A DNA stretch of 64,000 nt from Patescibacteria group bacterium (GTDB lineage: Bacteria; Patescibacteriota; WWE3; UBA101185; 2-01-FULL-41-18): NCBI GenBank assembly GCA_038064575.1, contig JBBTST010000001.1, forward strand, positions 35,650-99,649. Direction: 5' to 3'. Positions within the stretch are counted from its first letter, which is position 1. Each line of letters starts with the position of its first letter. Shown here piece after piece: positions 1-8,700 of this stretch. A program made the translations under genes and the position numbers. The notes beneath the pieces were generated by a model. It was not told where the DNA came from and ran no database searches. It saw only the letters and a list, made by a program, of their open reading frames with translations.

Positions 1-68
1 AAAAATAAAGACTTAGAATTGCAATCAACCAAAATCTAGCCTACGGGCTTAAAAAATGAGGGAGATTT

Positions 69-254
69 ATGTTTACTTTCATAGCAGTAGCTGGTGGAGT
101 GATTGTTGCAACTTTCGGCACGTGGTACGTCAGGAGAGACAAGATAGGCGCTTTATGGCCCTGGGGGAAAAGTCAAACTGATGCTGAAGTTTTCCCAAGT
201 AAGGCTGAAGCAAAAAAAGCCGTCCAGGACATGGATCCTAACCCCAGCGACTAG
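69..254 (+). CDS. small hypothetical membrane protein (61 aa)
   Basis: The ORF follows a GAGGGAGA Shine-Dalgarno 5 nt upstream. It has an N-terminal hydrophobic segment and a hairpin terminator immediately downstream. Confidence 0.4.
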   Translation: MFTFIAVAGGVIVATFGTWYVRRDKIGALWPWGKSQTDAEVFPSKAEAKKAVQDMDPNPSD

Positions 255-264
255 AGACATACAG

Positions 265-305
265 CCCTCTTAAGTTTAAAAACTTAGGAGGGTTGGTTTT
301 ATTTA
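265..305. terminator. bidirectional rho-independent terminator between convergent genes
   Basis: A 12-bp stem (CCCTCTTAAGTT...AACTTAGGAGGG) with a short loop is followed by TTGGTTTTATTT. It lies between the + ORF ending at 254 and the - ORF ending at 313. Confidence 0.5.
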
Positions 306-312
306 CTTAAAC

Positions 313-918
313 TCACAATCCCAACTTCTCAGCCTCATCCTGCATAGCTTTTAATGAAACCCTCACAAAATCATCAAAAGGTATCCCAAGTTTTTGCTGA
401 CACTGTTCTGTCTGTTCCCTGTTAACCGCTCTTGCAAATTCTTTAGCCCTCCATTTCTTTTTAACAGACTCCAAGGTAACTGAAGAGAGTTTCCTGTCAG
501 GCTGAACAAGAGTTACTGCAACAATAAATCCTGTAAGTTCATCACAACATTCAAGACACCATTCAAGATAAGTTTGAGGCTCCCTCAGATTTGTAACCTT
601 TGTATTATGAGAAGAAAAAGCTTCAAGTATATGTTGATGTACATCATGCTCCATAAGCCAATCCATAAGCATCACTGTGTGTTTTTCAGGACACTCCTTT
701 GTTAGCTCATAGTCTGCATCGTGCAAAACTCCAACCACACCCCAATCCTCTTCAGACAAGTTCTCAAGTGAGCTATCAAGCTTGCCGTTTTCCTTAAGAT
801 GTCTGTACAGCCCCCGCATTACCACAGAAACAGCATAACAGTGCCTTCGCAAATTGATGTTTTGCATATTTTTATGGAGTAAGTTATGGGCACCATCTAA
901 ATCAAGTTTTTGTTTCAT
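313..918 (-). CDS. HD-domain metal-dependent phosphohydrolase
   Basis: His/Asp-rich motifs (H...HD 'VLHDADYELTKECPEKH', downstream D) are typical of the HD superfamily. Its start abuts the lysS stop (918/925). Confidence 0.65.
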   Translation of the reverse strand: MKQKLDLDGAHNLLHKNMQNINLRRHCYAVSVVMRGLYRHLKENGKLDSSLENLSEEDWGVVGVLHDADYELTKECPEKHTVMLMDWLMEHDVHQHILEAFSSHNTKVTNLREPQTYLEWCLECCDELTGFIVAVTLVQPDRKLSSVTLESVKKKWRAKEFARAVNREQTEQCQQKLGIPFDDFVRVSLKAMQDEAEKLGL

Positions 919-924
919 ACTACT

Positions 925-2427
925 TTACAGTTTATAAATCTCTTTTGTAGTAGGGTCTATTTCTGCCTTTAACTGTGGAAAAGGAACACCCTCTTTTGCC
1001 GTAACATCTTCTAAAAACCAAAATGTTCTTTCTGCGTGCCCATAACCAAATGTAGGCGGCATTCCATATTCAAGCATTTCTACATAATCAATGTCCAACC
1101 ACTGTGCCTCCTTATCTCCCAAGTCTCTAAGCTTCTGTTGTTCTGAGAATCTTTCAAACTGGTCAATCGGATCATTAACCTCGCTCCACCCATTGCCTAG
1201 CTCACTTCCTGCAATAATAGGCTGAAACCTCTCAACCATATTTAAGTTTAGAATGCTGGGCTTTTGAAGCGGAGAAAGCACCTTTGGATGATTAATCAAA
1301 AATGTAGGACCGGCAACTTTCTTTCTTATGCTTTTCCACAAAACATCTATGCCTCTTGGAACATTAAGTATTCCTTCCGGTTTGAGATTATGCTTTGTCA
1401 TAGCATCCTGAAGCTGCTTAACGGAAGTATCATAAACATTCACTCCATAAGTTTTATTTATAATCTCACCAAAATCCATAATCTCCCAACTTTTGGAAAA
1501 ATCCACAGTGAACCCCCTGATATTAAAAATTTTCTTATCCCCATAGACATAATCAATAACGTAATTCATCAAATTTTCCACAAACCTCATCCCTTTTTGC
1601 CAGTCGGCATACGCCCAATAAAACTCCATTGCAACATGTTCCGGTAAATGCTCATCAGACAACCCTTCATTTCTAAATCTTGGCCCTATATCATAAACCT
1701 TGTCATAACCGCCTCCAATAAGCCTTTTAAGAGGCAGCTCGTGGGATATTCTTAAGAAGAAATCCTGATCTATAGCGTCCATGTGTGTAGTAAAAGGATT
1801 TGCATCCCCTCCACCTGGGATGAGTTCCAAAACGGGTATATTTATTTCTATAAAACCTTCTTTCTTGAAAAAATCTCTGTGAGCTTCCCAAAATCTTGCA
1901 CGCCTGATAAATCTTTGGTAGACCTCAGGATTAATATTTAAATCCAGATATCTTCTTCTGTATCTGGTCTCTTTGTCTTTAAGCCCATCCCATGTATCAG
2001 GCAAAGGTCTAAGGGTCTTTGCAAGAATTCTTAATTTTTTGACCTCAATTGAAATTTCTCCTCTGCTTGTTTTTGTAACCGTTCCCAAAGCTTCTACAAA
2101 ATCCCCATTGTCTAAAAGATGAAGTTCGGAAAAATTAAGTTGGCTTTTTGTGTGATTGGCATCTTTGAGATTTTCTTCTTTAATATAAAACTGGATTTTG
2201 CCTGTAGAATCCTTAACATCAAAAAAAGTCAGTTTTCCGTGTGCTCTGATAGCTATAATTCTTCCTGCTGTTGTAACCTCTTTGCCCTCAAAATCACTGA
2301 AGCCCGCTAAAACCGAGCCTATCTCAACATCTTTAAGGCTCTCAGCCGGAAAAGGGTCAACCTCAAGCGCTTTAAGGTTATCAAGTTTACCAATTCTGAT
2401 GTTTCTTAGATCTTTTAAGGTTGACAT
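925..2427 (-). CDS. lysS: lysine--tRNA ligase (class II)
   Basis: 500 aa. An N-terminal OB-fold anticodon-binding region is followed by class II motifs ('FRNEGLSDEHLPEHVAMEFYWAY', 'GGGDANPF', C-terminal 'GMPPTFGYGHAERTFWFL'). Confidence 0.9.
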   Translation of the reverse strand: MSTLKDLRNIRIGKLDNLKALEVDPFPAESLKDVEIGSVLAGFSDFEGKEVTTAGRIIAIRAHGKLTFFDVKDSTGKIQFYIKEENLKDANHTKSQLNFSELHLLDNGDFVEALGTVTKTSRGEISIEVKKLRILAKTLRPLPDTWDGLKDKETRYRRRYLDLNINPEVYQRFIRRARFWEAHRDFFKKEGFIEINIPVLELIPGGGDANPFTTHMDAIDQDFFLRISHELPLKRLIGGGYDKVYDIGPRFRNEGLSDEHLPEHVAMEFYWAYADWQKGMRFVENLMNYVIDYVYGDKKIFNIRGFTVDFSKSWEIMDFGEIINKTYGVNVYDTSVKQLQDAMTKHNLKPEGILNVPRGIDVLWKSIRKKVAGPTFLINHPKVLSPLQKPSILNLNMVERFQPIIAGSELGNGWSEVNDPIDQFERFSEQQKLRDLGDKEAQWLDIDYVEMLEYGMPPTFGYGHAERTFWFLEDVTAKEGVPFPQLKAEIDPTTKEIYKL

Positions 2428-2433
2428 TTACAG

Positions 2434-3798
2434 TTAAAACTTATATGAAGCAAGCTTATCAGAAAACTTTTGGTACATATACTCTGAAGTATATTTGTCA
2501 AAAAATCTTTTTGCCTCCGCTTCCGACTCCTCTGCAAACATATGCATCACAACATTTGCAAGCTGGTCCGCACACATATACATTCTGCTAGGATTTGGGA
2601 GAATTGTGTCCTTCTGCAAAACAATAGCCCCGTTTTCAACACAATAATTAAAAAATACTCTGTAGCCTGTTAAATAGTTTTCAACCTGAGGTGTTTTCAA
2701 TCGTACAAAATAATCTGAGAAAGTTCTCATCAGCATTATATAAAGAATTGCCTCTAAATCCTTCTGGGTTATAACTCCTTTTACAAGCTGAAACCCACAA
2801 GCTTTGATCCCAACTATGCTTGAATGAAGCTCCATAACATAGTTAAACATGCCTTTTAGTCTTTCCCAACCACCTCTGTACTGAAATAAGGCCTCTGTAA
2901 CTTCATGTGCCATCACTAACCTTACTGCATTGGTCATCAAAAAGTCATCTTTAAAGGTTCTCTGAACGTCATTATCTATAAAATCTCTAAAAAGGGGCAA
3001 AAGCATCTCTCCATCCCTTTTTTGTATATTGTTTGTATAAACTACAATCTTTGTCCCAACCTCCTTTATCATCTCAATGTTTTCAGGATAATTGGTGGCT
3101 CTTGCCGGAAGGCCTGCATTTCTTCCTCCTATTGCAATGACATCATCAACCCTCACTTTAATTTTTTCAGGGGGAACGTTTTGTCTTGCCTTAGAACCAA
3201 AAGGCGGAAGCATGTTTCTAATAACCTCAACGTAATTGAATGGGTTAAATGTTTCCTTTTTACTGGTAAAAGTGAAATTGAAGTTATACGCTTTTTTAAG
3301 ACTAAACAATTGGTCCGCGTAGGAACCAAAGGGACCAATCATCAAATGCAAAAAGCTCCCATTCTCAACCCTAACCCAGGCTTTCTCAAGTTCTATATAA
3401 TCCCCATGAACAAGCGCATAGGAAGTTGTTTCAAGAAAAGCCTTAAAGCTCTCATTTAGTGTGAGTGAGGCAGCCTTTTGCAATAACTCTATTACCGGTT
3501 TTAAATCATTGGCATACTCTTCATGGTAGGGAACAGCATACAAAAAACCTGAAGAGTCTCTTTTAACAACCGTATAAGGATCAAGGATTTTGGGGTTTTT
3601 CTTGTTAGCTTCTTCAAGTTCTTTTTTTGTTGCATCTACGGGATAAAATGAGGCTCCCGGAAGACTGTCATCTTCTACCTGCTTTTCAAAAAGATTTCCA
3701 ATCTTCTTACCAGCTTCTTTTAAAATTTCAACAATTTGCAAATCTTCTGCTGAAAACCTGCTTTTATCAAAATCGTACTCAAGGTAATACTTAGTCAT
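2434..3798 (-). CDS. hypothetical protein (454 aa), possibly a degenerate metallopeptidase-like fold
   Basis: Long ORF in the greA-lysS operon. It overlaps the upstream greA-like stop by 8 nt. It has an 'AHEVTEAL' segment lacking the second His of HExxH. No family is confidently recognised. Confidence 0.5.
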   Translation of the reverse strand: MTKYYLEYDFDKSRFSAEDLQIVEILKEAGKKIGNLFEKQVEDDSLPGASFYPVDATKKELEEANKKNPKILDPYTVVKRDSSGFLYAVPYHEEYANDLKPVIELLQKAASLTLNESFKAFLETTSYALVHGDYIELEKAWVRVENGSFLHLMIGPFGSYADQLFSLKKAYNFNFTFTSKKETFNPFNYVEVIRNMLPPFGSKARQNVPPEKIKVRVDDVIAIGGRNAGLPARATNYPENIEMIKEVGTKIVVYTNNIQKRDGEMLLPLFRDFIDNDVQRTFKDDFLMTNAVRLVMAHEVTEALFQYRGGWERLKGMFNYVMELHSSIVGIKACGFQLVKGVITQKDLEAILYIMLMRTFSDYFVRLKTPQVENYLTGYRVFFNYCVENGAIVLQKDTILPNPSRMYMCADQLANVVMHMFAEESEAEAKRFFDKYTSEYMYQKFSDKLASYKF

Positions 3799-4255
3799 GC
3801 TTAATTTCTAAAATTTTATATTTTAATTTTACTACGGGAGTAGAGACTTCCACCACATCTCCAGCCTTGGTCCCAAGAATAGCTTGCCCTACAGGGGACT
3901 CATTAGAAATCAGGTTTTTAACGGGGTCTGCTTCAAAACTACCTACAATTTTAAAGGAGTCTACCTCACCATCAACCTCTACAATTACAATAGAACCAAC
4001 TCTGACAAATTTAGAATCTTCGTTTTCATCAATTACTTGGCTGCTTCTTAACAAATCCTCAAGTTCAGCTATTTTTTGTTCAATTTGATCACGTTTCTCA
4101 AGTTCAATATCATATTGAGTATTATCCTCATACCCACCCGAATCTATAGCTGTCTTAATATCCTGAGCAATCTGAGGCCTTGCCTTGTTCACCAGAAAGT
4201 CATGCTCTTCCCTGAGTTTCTTAAGACCTTCTTTTGTCAAATAAGATTTTGACAT
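3791..4255 (-). CDS. GreA-family transcript cleavage factor paralog with divergent acidic tip
   Basis: 154 aa with a GreA N-terminal coiled coil and C-terminal FKBP-like domain ('VRVGSIVIVEVDGE', 'SNESPVGQAILGTKAGDVVEV'). The tip reads 'GGYEDNTQY' instead of the canonical 'GDLSENAEY'. Confidence 0.75.
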   Translation of the reverse strand: MSKSYLTKEGLKKLREEHDFLVNKARPQIAQDIKTAIDSGGYEDNTQYDIELEKRDQIEQKIAELEDLLRSSQVIDENEDSKFVRVGSIVIVEVDGEVDSFKIVGSFEADPVKNLISNESPVGQAILGTKAGDVVEVSTPVVKLKYKILEIKHD

Positions 4256-4307
4256 AACCTAGCCTTTCTAGTCTTTCTCCCCTATCTAACTTAGAAAGGG
4301 CAGTACA

Positions 4308-4772
4308 TTACTCAATACTTAATACTGTATATGTAATTACACCCATAGGTGCTTCCACTTTGACCTTATCACCAATCTTTCTGCCAAGCAGGGCCAAACC
4401 CAAAGGCGACTCGTGAGAAATCTTTCTATCAAGAGGGTTAGCCTCAGGAGCTCCAACTATTTCAAAATACTCTTCACCCCCATCTACATGTACTCTTACC
4501 TTATTACCAACATTGATTTCACTTTTAACGGTATTAGAAATAACCTCAACATTTTTCACTATTTCCTCTATTTCTCTGATCCTGCTTTCAATAAAACCCT
4601 GTTCATCTCTTGCAGCATCATATTCAGCATTTTCTGAGATATCCCCCATTTCTCTGGCCGACTTTATACGCTCCGCTATAAGAGGTCTTTTAACCTCCAC
4701 AAGCTCTTTATATTCTTTTTTCAAGGACTCAAGTCCTTCTTTTGTAACGTAAACTTTGTCTTTTTTTATCAT
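4308..4772 (-). CDS. greA: transcription elongation factor GreA
   Basis: Canonical tip 'GDISENAEYDAAR' and C-terminal 'SHESPLGLALLGRKIGDKVKV'. The start was moved to the internal Met (MIKKDKVYVTKEGL) that matches the GreA N-terminus. Confidence 0.85.
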   Translation of the reverse strand: MIKKDKVYVTKEGLESLKKEYKELVEVKRPLIAERIKSAREMGDISENAEYDAARDEQGFIESRIREIEEIVKNVEVISNTVKSEINVGNKVRVHVDGGEEYFEIVGAPEANPLDRKISHESPLGLALLGRKIGDKVKVEAPMGVITYTVLSIE

Positions 4773-4973
4773 AAGCAACAAAAAAATTCCCCGTGCCAAA
4801 CATTAAAAGAAATCTATCTTTTTTTGCTTCAAGGGGGAATTTGCAATAGCCTTTACTAAACAACATGTGGAATCCTATCACTCACCAATCTATATGTCAA
4901 GCTCTATAAAGCTTGTCATGACAGCAAATATGCAGGGTGGAATCATGTTTAGGAGTATTATTTAAAAGCATTT

Positions 4974-5405
4974 ATGACTTCAATTTACAATCAGATTATT
5001 TTTACACTTAGCTTCCTGGCAGTTTCATTTGTGCTCTACTTCAGATTTGGTTTTCAGATCTCCAAAATAATACGCAGACGTGTGTGTCCAGTATGTTTTG
5101 CCGTAGGAAGCACCTGGCTGTTTCTGCTGATTTTAAGTTTTACTGGAATTTATGAGGTTAATAGATTATTAATAGCTATGCTTCTTTCAGAAAGTGTTGT
5201 TGGTGTATCTTATCTTGTAGAGGAATTCCTACTTGTTTACAACTTAAAATTTGACGACTATTTACTCAAATTTGGCATAATTTTGTATGGAACAACCTCT
5301 ACTTTAACTTTTGCCTTCATTCATGAACTTATTGGGCTCTTACTTTTTTTACCGGTTATTGTTTTTGGTTTCCTTTCACTAACACCCATTAAAAAACCCA
5401 GTTAA
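4974..5405 (+). CDS. hypothetical polytopic membrane protein
   Basis: 143 aa that is almost entirely hydrophobic. No clear RBS. Confidence 0.35.
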   Translation: MTSIYNQIIFTLSFLAVSFVLYFRFGFQISKIIRRRVCPVCFAVGSTWLFLLILSFTGIYEVNRLLIAMLLSESVVGVSYLVEEFLLVYNLKFDDYLLKFGIILYGTTSTLTFAFIHELIGLLLFLPVIVFGFLSLTPIKKPS

Positions 5406-5730
5406 ACTTGGTAATATAACCACATAAAGGCTTTGATTTATTCCTCTAACAAACAAAACACCCATACAGGCCAGTAACTATTAACTCAAGTTATAACAGC
5501 CTATATAAGGAGAAACAATGCATGTCTTATAGAAATAACTAATAAAGAATCTATTTACTACAGGTTTTATACTTGCTACTATTAAAAATAAAAATGTTCC
5601 CTGATGACGGTTACTATATCCATCTTGAGCAAACACTATCCTTGTGATATTATAGGATACCTTAAAACGTTTATATTTTAGGTATAGCAAAAAGTGGTTG
5701 GAAAACCGCACATTAGAATAAGTTTGTTTT

Positions 5731-8700
5731 ATGGAAAAAATCGATTTATCTATAATAATTCCCTCAAGAAACGAAGAAGGAAATGTAAAACCCTTATATG
5801 AAAGGTTGAATAAAGCTTTTAGAAACTCAAAAATTGAGTATGAAGTTTTGTATATTGTCGACAAATCTGTAGACAATACTTATGAGGAGGCCTCCAAATA
5901 CGAACAGGATGAGAGGTTTATTGTTCACAAAAAGAGGGGGAAACCGGGTAAAGGCTACTCCATTGTTGAAGGCTGTGAATATGCAAAAGGCGAATATGTA
6001 GCTTTCATTGATGCCGATCTTCAATATCCTCCTGAAGCCCTTCCTGAAATGTACAAGATTGCAAAAGAGCATGGAGTTGTAGTAGCCAAGAGAATAACCT
6101 ACAAATCAACATTTTTAAGAAGGTTGGGATCAAGATTTAACGCTTTTTTCTTTGGAAAAGTCTTACTGGGACTTGATTGTGATATCCAATCCGGATTGAA
6201 AGTGTTTAAAAGAGATGTTTTGCAACACCTTGACCTTTCTACCGTTGGTCCCTGGACTTTTGACATTCCTCTCTTACACACCTCTTCTGAACTTGGCTAC
6301 AAAATAGCAACTTATGAAATAGACTTTGTTGACAGGTACACCGGAAATTCAAAGGTGAGCTTTATTAAAACCGGTTTTGGTATAGCTTCCTGCGCACTAA
6401 AAACAAGACTTAAAAAAAGAGCGGTGTATGAAATAAAACCCCTAAACGGAGGGTCAATCGGGGCTGGCATGGTATTTAAAAAACATAGATTTGTAATCCA
6501 TTCAAAGCGTCCGCATCACAATTCCGCACTTCACACTTTTGTTTTCTGGCAAAAGCTTTTCATTTACTGTGTCATCACGGGAGCTTCAGTTGGTCTATAC
6601 ATTGACGCAAGAGTCACCGCTATCATGGTTTTTGCGGTTCTTAACACCTTATATTTTTGTGATGTCATATTTAACCTAATAGTCATTCTTAAAAGTCTGC
6701 ACTTCCCTCCCGAATTAGCCTTTTCAGCAGAAGAGATTAAAAATATAGATGAAAGTAAACTTCCAAAATATACTATTTTATGCCCTTTGTATAAAGAGGT
6801 TGAAATTCTTCCTCACTTTGTAGAAAACGTTTCAAAGCTTGATTATCCAAAAAACAAACTGGAGGTACTTTTGCTTCTTGAGGAGGATGACAAGGACACT
6901 CAGGAAATTGCAAGACTAATGCATCTTCCTAACTATTTTAGAATTGTAGTTGTTCCTCACTCCCAACCAAAGACCAAACCCAAGGCATGCAACTATGGTC
7001 TTCATGTTGCCTCAGGAGAGCTAACAGTAATTTATGACGCAGAAGATCAACCTGAACCATCACAACTCAAAAAGGCTTATCTGGGCTTTAAAAACCTTCC
7101 TGAAAAGGTTGTCTGCTTGCAGGCTAAGCTTAATTACTACAACCCAAGCCACAACTTATTGACTCGCCTTTTCACAGCAGAATACTCTTTATGGTTTGAC
7201 GTGGTGTTACCCGGATATCAATCCATAAACACTGCTATTCCTCTTGGCGGAACTTCCAACCACTTCAAAACCGAAATGTTAAAAAAACTGCATGGGTGGG
7301 ATGCTTTTAATGTAACAGAGGATTGCGATCTTGGTGTAAACCTTTTTAAGCAAGGATACAAAACTGCAATCATAGACTCAACCACCTTGGAAGAAGCAAA
7401 TAGTGATATCAAAAATTGGATTAGGCAAAGATCAAGGTGGATCAAGGGGTATATGCAAACCTACCTGGTTCACATGAGAAACCCGTTAGAACTCATAAAA
7501 ACTTATGGCTGGCACTCTTTCATCTTTCACCTGGTCATTGGCGCACGAATGTATTTCATGCTTATTAACCCAATCTTGTGGCTAATGACCTTTGCTTACT
7601 TTGCTTTGTATGCTCATGTAGGACCCACCATAGAAAGCCTATACCCACCGGCAGTTTTTTACATGGGGGCTTTTTCCTTGGTTGTTGGGAATTTTGTGGC
7701 TCTTTATAACTACATGATAGGCTGTGCCAAGAGAGGGCATTGGAATCTTATCAAATTTGTCTATTTAGTTCCCCTTTATTGGCTTTTGGCAAGCATAGGA
7801 GCAGTAATGGCCTTCTATCAGCTTTTGTTTAAACCTCATTTTTGGGAGAAGACCCATCATGGATTACACCTTAAAAAAGCCAGACAACTAATAAATCTAA
7901 GAGAAGTGCTAATCAACATGCAAGGAGTTTCCATCAGGGCTGCTAAATCCGGAAGTTTTCTGGTAGCGGCCGGTTTAATTACCAATTTTTTAAATTATGT
8001 ATATAATGCTTTTCTCAGTAGAAGGGTTGAAGTTGAAGATTTTGGGTTGATTAGTCTTGTAGGAAGCCTCTTCTTTATTGCAAGCATTCCTTTAAGTGCT
8101 CTTTCCAGAACTATAACATATAAGACCGCTTTCCTGCTTGGAAAGTTCAATCTAGCCCCAAAAACCTTCTGGTCTAACATTAGAAAAATAGCGTTTGTTT
8201 TTGGTATTGCCACAACAATAAGTTGGGTATTGTTAATACCTTACCTCATGAGATATTTTAATACAACCACACCGCTTCCTTTCTTATACTTCACTCCGGT
8301 CTGGGCAATAGGAATTTTGGCTGCCGTAGATAGCGGGTTTATAAGCGGAAATCAAAAATTTAACATTTCAGCAATCCTGATTATTTCAGAAGCTATTGCA
8401 AAACTTGCTTTCACCTTTTTAAGCTTATATCTTAACAACAACGATTTAATCTATGCAGCAATACCCGTTTCACTTGTGGTTCCTTTTGCAATCGGATGGC
8501 TGTACATAGTTAGACAAAAAGTGGACCAGTCTAAAATAAAAGCACTTAATGAAGCTTTATATTTTCCAAAAGACTTTTTTCTTACCTCACTATTCATTAA
8601 ATTTTCAACAGTTTCTTCACTAAGCCTTGATATTCTGATAGTAAAACATATTTTGGTTGCAAAAGACGCCGGATATTATGCCCTGATAGCCTTGGTGGGG

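Noticed and set aside
1264-3459. Plus-strand ORFs (1264-1647, 2119-2310, 2198-2437, 3022-3459) and a minus ORF (3153-3338) inside lysS and the 454-aa gene.
   Set aside because: They lie within well-supported genes, in other frames or on the opposite strand. They have low-complexity, hydrophobic or odd composition and no RBS. They are shadow ORFs typical of AT-rich DNA.
4256-4307. Hairpin CCTTTCTA...TAGAAAGG between the two greA genes as a terminator.
   Set aside because: The 20-nt loop and lack of a clear T-tract on the minus strand make it weak. The genes are probably co-transcribed.
5508-5522. AAGGAGA followed by a 4-codon ORF (MHVL*) in the 5405-5730 intergenic region.
   Set aside because: It is too short to evaluate. 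It is likely a fortuitous SD-like sequence in an AT-rich promoter region.
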